A stretch of 62,055 nucleotides of DNA, counting the filler, from Globobulimina sp. (taxonomy: Eukaryota), in the NCBI GenBank assembly GCA_003354225.1. It is 24 parts of 24 records of this genome, joined end to end, with 100 filler letters (N's around TTAATTAATTAA, not from the genome) between each part and the next. Parts side by side here need not be neighbours in the genome. Positions count along the whole stretch, not along the records: positions 56,979 to 59,467 come from PIVH01006376.1; positions 59,568 to 62,055 come from PIVH01006377.1; 22 more parts are not named here. The stretch is one strand, 5' to 3'. Below, piece after piece: positions 57,347-62,055 of the stretch; positions within the stretch are counted from its first letter, which is position 1, and every line of letters begins with the position of its first letter. The notes under the pieces are model-generated. The model was given only the letters and a program-made list of their open reading frames with translations, had not been told where the DNA came from and made no database searches. The translations under genes and the position numbers were made by a program.

Positions 57347-58504
57347 CTAAACAACTCTGCGATATTCTTTTTGTTCAGTATCGCGAGGGAAATAGGTGTC
57401 ATGTGCAAATAATATATTCTCGACATAACATGATTGTAAATATTGAATGTCACAACTTGTATCCCTTAAATCAATTAAATATTCTTGAAACTGTGTGGCG
57501 CTTTGATTTGTTGCATGACTGACAAATGTCATATATTCCAATAATATTCTCGCATTTTTGTTTAATTGATATTGATGTGCCATTGTTTGCATTTTGAAGG
57601 ATGGATATTCTATTTCGTGGCTATAACAATTTGATGTAATCCCATCAATATAATCTACAAAATAGCAATGATTGCCTCCTTCCATTTCAATATATGTTTT
57701 ACAGACATTTGCACTCCGAACTTGTGTATAAATTGGTCTTTGATTTGATACTGGTCTCCAAACGTCAGTGGTTCCGGCAATGAATAATATATTATTAATC
57801 TTAAGATTCCTTGCAGTTATTAATAAATCTTTATCTCTCCATAAAGCAGGCGATAACGAAATAATTCCTTTAATTGATGAGTGTACAAAATGATTGTCAT
57901 CAGAAATATAAATAATTCGATCCGCAATTTCTCCATAACCTGCAATCACTGTCGAACCTGATAACTTGCCATAAAAATGTGAATTCGACATTTCATGTTC
58001 ATAATAAATATTAAATGCCACTCGCAATAAATCTTGAATATAATCAAATGGCTGTTGCTCATTTTCCAAATGTACCGAGATTACGACATTTCTATTATTT
58101 GTACATATTTGTTCGGAAATAATTTGTATGTAATTGCATGCATACCCAGCTGAAGAAATGTTAGTTAATATTTGATGAAATTCGTCTTCTTGTTTTAAAG
58201 CACCAAATATCAAAACATTCATTCCTGTCACATTAAATATATGGGTCGCATTTCCAGGGAAATAAATAGTTGCTGCAATTGGCTTAAAATATTTAGATTA
58301 ACACATTCGAGTTCCTTTCAGCAATATTCATACAGTATATATTTACGAAACTCTTCCAAATTTCAGATCCCATTCTGGTGATAAGCCACAAAAATCAGGA
58401 TGTCGACAGCGTGATGGATCTACAAATGGATAGTTTCTCCGGGTAACGTCATATACTCGGAATGCTCCAAAAACAACTGGCAACAAAACAACTAACAACC
58501 ACAT
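57347..58504 (-). CDS. Secreted alpha/beta-hydrolase-fold protein (chlorophyllase-like), intron 58283..58351
   Basis: Signal peptide; spliced GR/PIAATIYFP, SSAGY, VIAGYG, IISLSPA, LFIAGTTD, EGGNHCYF. Confidence 0.7.
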
Positions 58505-59567
58505 TTTTTTTCCACACAAGAAACATGTGCAAAACTGCAAGTCGCACAAGCTAATGAAGCAGCTCGTGATTCAATTTGAAACCATTGAATATGATATAAA
58601 TATTTGAAACGATTGGTTGTCGTGATTTTCGTAGTGAGACCATCAGAAGACATAAATTAGTCCTTTCGGTGTAATGAAGAAGACCGTCGACGGATTGGTA
58701 TTTATACATTTATATATTATATATATACAAGAATAATCTACAGATCAGATGTCAATCAAAAGGTATAATATGCTCACATTCCATATAATTTATGAATATG
58801 TAAGGAACAAATATGACAGAATTTATAAATCCAAGCATTTGCCAGTCACAAGATTCAAATTCAACACTAAACGAAGCCAATCAGATCAGCGCCTTGTATG
58901 AAGGAGATGTGGGTTCAAATCCCATGATCAGGTGCGTATATGTTTGCGTTTTCCATTTTTTTAATTGAATGTGTTTGTGTATGGTATGGATATATATATG
59001 TTATTGATATTTTGTTAATATTTTGGGTTTGTAACGATGTTGCACGGAGTTTTATTTCTGAGTCGTTTCTGATTTGTTTACAAATTGAAAACAGGCCTAT
59101 CCGGACAGTGTTTATTTTTATTATTTATATTTTCTTTACTTATAACTTCTGTATTGTGCAAGCTAGGATAAATTAATTGTGTTTTTCTGTATAATGATAC
59201 TATATTTACAATATATGTTAAATTATTGTTTCTTTTTCTTTCTTGAATGTTTAGTTTTGATTTGTTGCAAGCCCATAAATCTCAAATCCATGACAATGTA
59301 TGGAATAATAACCGCCACCATATAAACCACCTGAATTCTTTCCTGTGCTATATATTCTGAACATTGTATATGATTTATTACAATTTGAAATGTTCCATGA
59401 ATGACATTGTTTTGCTGCATTAATTGTTGTATCATTTGTATGTTTTTTGAGAAGCTCCCAATTTGAGNNNNNNNNNNNNNNNNNNNNNNNNNNNNNNNNN
59501 NNNNNNNNNNNTTAATTAATTAANNNNNNNNNNNNNNNNNNNNNNNNNNNNNNNNNNNNNNNNNNNN

Positions 59568-60914
59568 CATGGAATAATCAGTCATCGATCCAGAGCCAGA
59601 GCCCGAAGTGGTGAGTATAGGCGGCGTCGGTGATAACGATGAGTTTGAGGGCGAGTCTTCTATGTTAGAACAGGAAGAGGAATGCGGCGATATTGAGCGT
59701 CGAAAAGATGAAGGCAAACACAATTGATTTGCCCCTAATACATCGGTGTATGAGTAGGATAAGCATTTCTTGAATTGAATGAATTCTATGATTGATAGCA
59801 GACATTCATGGCTGAATTCACTCATTAAATGATTCATAAAACAGTTAAAACCCTGATTACATTGCAAACATTCGTATAATTTCAACTGTCTGCCACGTGG
59901 TGAGATGGTGGATAACTTGCGATGGTTGTTTTTGTTATGGATTATTGCCGAATTTGATCCGACCGCAGATAATGAACGTAATGAGCGAATGGCTGCAGAA
60001 GCGGTCGGCGTTGTGCTGGTCGATGTGTTGCTGTTCACGTTGCAAATGTTGCATTTATACAATGTCCATTTTGTACATATTATCACAATGCAAAATGCAA
60101 AGATTATGCCGCTCCATGACTGGATAAATAGGAATGTCATGTTATCGATGGCCATGACTGAATCTGAATGGATCACCATATTTAAGAATGAGCCGCCAAA
60201 ATAAAAGCACCATTCGATTACACATAGTATGATGATATAAATGTATTCCATTCCAATATTAATTCCATTGTCGATGATCGGTGTTTTATACCATAATATA
60301 AATAAAATTGGCAAGGAGAGGAACGAGATTATCCCATCTAAAATGGAGGCAATTAATTGATTGTAAAATTGGGTGAATATTAAGAGTATCATTAATAGCG
60401 TAAATATTATACAAATGCGAGATGTTAACCATTTGAGTGATCCATATTTATTTTTGTAAACTAAAAACCAATTTGCATCTTTATTTTGTTTGTTTTTTAT
60501 ACTCATATTATAATTTATAATTATTTTCTATTTCATGTTTATGTTTTCTTCATAAAATTTTATATTGTAATAAATCATGTAATATCTCCAAACAATGCAC
60601 CATATAAAACCATGAACGGTGATTGGAAACAATATGTAATGAGTGTGGCGCAATATTGTTAGTGTGTTTTTATTTAAATTTAATCCTTGTATTTTCCAAA
60701 CTAATTCTAATGGCCTTTCAATGCTCCAGAAAAATATGCAAAACATGCCGGTTAATAAAACAATTTGCCAATGGCGATGTTTTATAGATACATTGTTACG
60801 ATGTCGATAATAATATAAAAGATAATAAATCGCTATGGGTGATAACAACAACCACCACAATAATGTTGAAATACCAAATAGCACTAAAGGTGAATATAAT
60901 ACGTCGAACGACAT
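59568..60914 (-). CDS. 7TM-RGS protein with one in-frame TAG (60528..60530), 3'-truncated
   Basis: ORFs 60528..60914 and 59520..60506 are in the same frame. About 7 TM segments, then GFNCFMNHLMSEFSHECLLSIIEF (RGS start). Confidence 0.8.
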
Positions 60915-61076
60915 TTCAATGTTTAATTAGACGACGCTATGTATTAAAAGTCAGCACAGAAAGTTCAAATTTTGAAAAACTTTGAAGGTATTGCACTAAG
61001 GAATATCATGATCATTAAAAAATATATATATAAAAATATGTCCTAAGACAAACAACTGACGAGTCAGTGAGTCACA

Positions 61077-62015
61077 TTATTTTAATGGTTTTGACATTAC
61101 TTCTTTAATAAATGGAGTTGATTGCTGTTTTGAATCATCATTACTTTCTCTGCTTTGTGATATGGCATGACATATTGGTTTATGTTTTTTCCATGATTTA
61201 AGCTGACATTCTCTAGAACAATACCATTCTGATTTGCATTTCGAACATCTTTTTTCCGCATTTTGTCCACATTTCGCACAAATTGGCGTTCCTAACAACA
61301 TATCTTCTAAACCATCAAAATTATTATAAATTCGACATAGAATCTCCATATCTTGTTTTCTATCACATGCATCGTATTTGTTTGCATTGAAGGTTGTCAA
61401 AAGTTGTGTGTTTGCAATTTGTTTAAAGTTTTTATTTTTCAAATTTTCTCTGAATTCCGGCACAATCTCAACAAACATTAATTTCTTATTTGTAACATCA
61501 GCACTGAACAAAGAGGATGCTGCTTGCTCCATATTCATAATACTTAATTCTTCCAATGTACGTCTTAAATCTTTTAAAATTGGTAATTGATCAATAATTT
61601 GTGGTAATAAATGTTTTTTTAATTTTAATATTTCATTTCTTCGAAATGCGCTTAATTCATATTTATTGGCACACGTTTTATCCAATAATAAATTATAAAC
61701 ACTTAACCATAATTCACCCTCAATCTTCGTTAAACGGAACATATTCTTTCTATCAACTGGAATAAACCTATTATTGCCATTAAATTTTTCAATTCCCTTT
61801 TCCGATTTTTTGGTCCATGGTTTATTCTCAATCAATGCTATTAATGTCATGAGCATTTCATTTGTATTAATTACTCTCTCCAGTACAGATATTGACGCTT
61901 TTGATAAATGTTCTGTTACAAATCGAATTATCGACACACAACAACTACAAATTATAAATTCTAAATGCTGACGTTGCTTAATTAATTTCTGTGTACATGT
62001 ATTTAAAATATACAT
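61077..62015 (-). CDS. ZMYND10: ZMYND10 (dynein-arm assembly factor), 5'-truncated
   Basis: LIENKPW..LTKIEGELWLSVYNLLL..Y..FRRNEILKLK..IDQLPIL..L plus a C-terminal MYND finger. Confidence 0.88.
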   Translation of the reverse strand: MYILNTCTQKLIKQRQHLEFIICSCCVSIIRFVTEHLSKASISVLERVINTNEMLMTLIALIENKPWTKKSEKGIEKFNGNNRFIPVDRKNMFRLTKIEGELWLSVYNLLLDKTCANKYELSAFRRNEILKLKKHLLPQIIDQLPILKDLRRTLEELSIMNMEQAASSLFSADVTNKKLMFVEIVPEFRENLKNKNFKQIANTQLLTTFNANKYDACDRKQDMEILCRIYNNFDGLEDMLLGTPICAKCGQNAEKRCSKCKSEWYCSRECQLKSWKKHKPICHAISQSRESNDDSKQQSTPFIKEVMSKPLK

Positions 62016-62055
62016 TTCATATTAAATAAGAACAAATACAGAAAAAAACAAATGC

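Noticed and set aside
2492-59567. Regularly spaced TTAATTAATTAA motif every ~2.59 kb, resembling an array or nanochromosome ends
   Set aside because: It is embedded in N runs and has stops in all six frames, so it is an artificial linker. The regular spacing comes from sorting contigs by size.
35178-60530. Stop-codon reassignment suggested by in-frame TAG (35178, 37842, 60528) and TGA (5246)
   Set aside because: The expected residues differ (Gln versus Trp), most cases sit in otherwise damaged sequence, and the many long intact ORFs contain no internal stops. Point mutation or error explains them better.
1-62055. Operon-like or cluster interpretation across the window (for example the many transporters)
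   Set aside because: The contigs are unlinked; adjacency across linkers is meaningless.

Overview
This is not one continuous locus. It is 24 unrelated contigs of 2,491 down to 2,488 bp, in decreasing size order, joined by artificial 100-nt linkers (N44-TTAATTAATTAA-N44). Gene neighbourhood is therefore only meaningful within a contig, and ORFs ending in XXX/LIN run into linkers. The DNA is AT-rich eukaryotic genomic sequence with short GT-AG introns (34-71 nt). The gene content (7TM-RGS, MATH-SAM, Kelch, TPR, ZMYND10, ATG2, PI3K, PKG-like, RPEL, Pmp-like) suggests a protist, most plausibly a foraminiferan/rhizarian; this is inference. Several back-to-back coding junctions look like whole-genome-amplification chimeras. 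The best candidate for a new system is contig 8. It holds one spliced gene fusing a Cdc123/R2K-type ATP-grasp ligase, a hydrophobic hairpin and a gamma-glutamyl(amine) cyclotransferase domain, bracketed by ~130-bp inverted repeats. Other notable items are a PABP-like 4xRRM protein with a WWE-like domain in place of MLLE, an HPP-family transporter, three apparent pseudoenzymes, foldback repeats and degenerate tRNA-like sequences. All domain calls come from reading motifs by eye, not from database searches.
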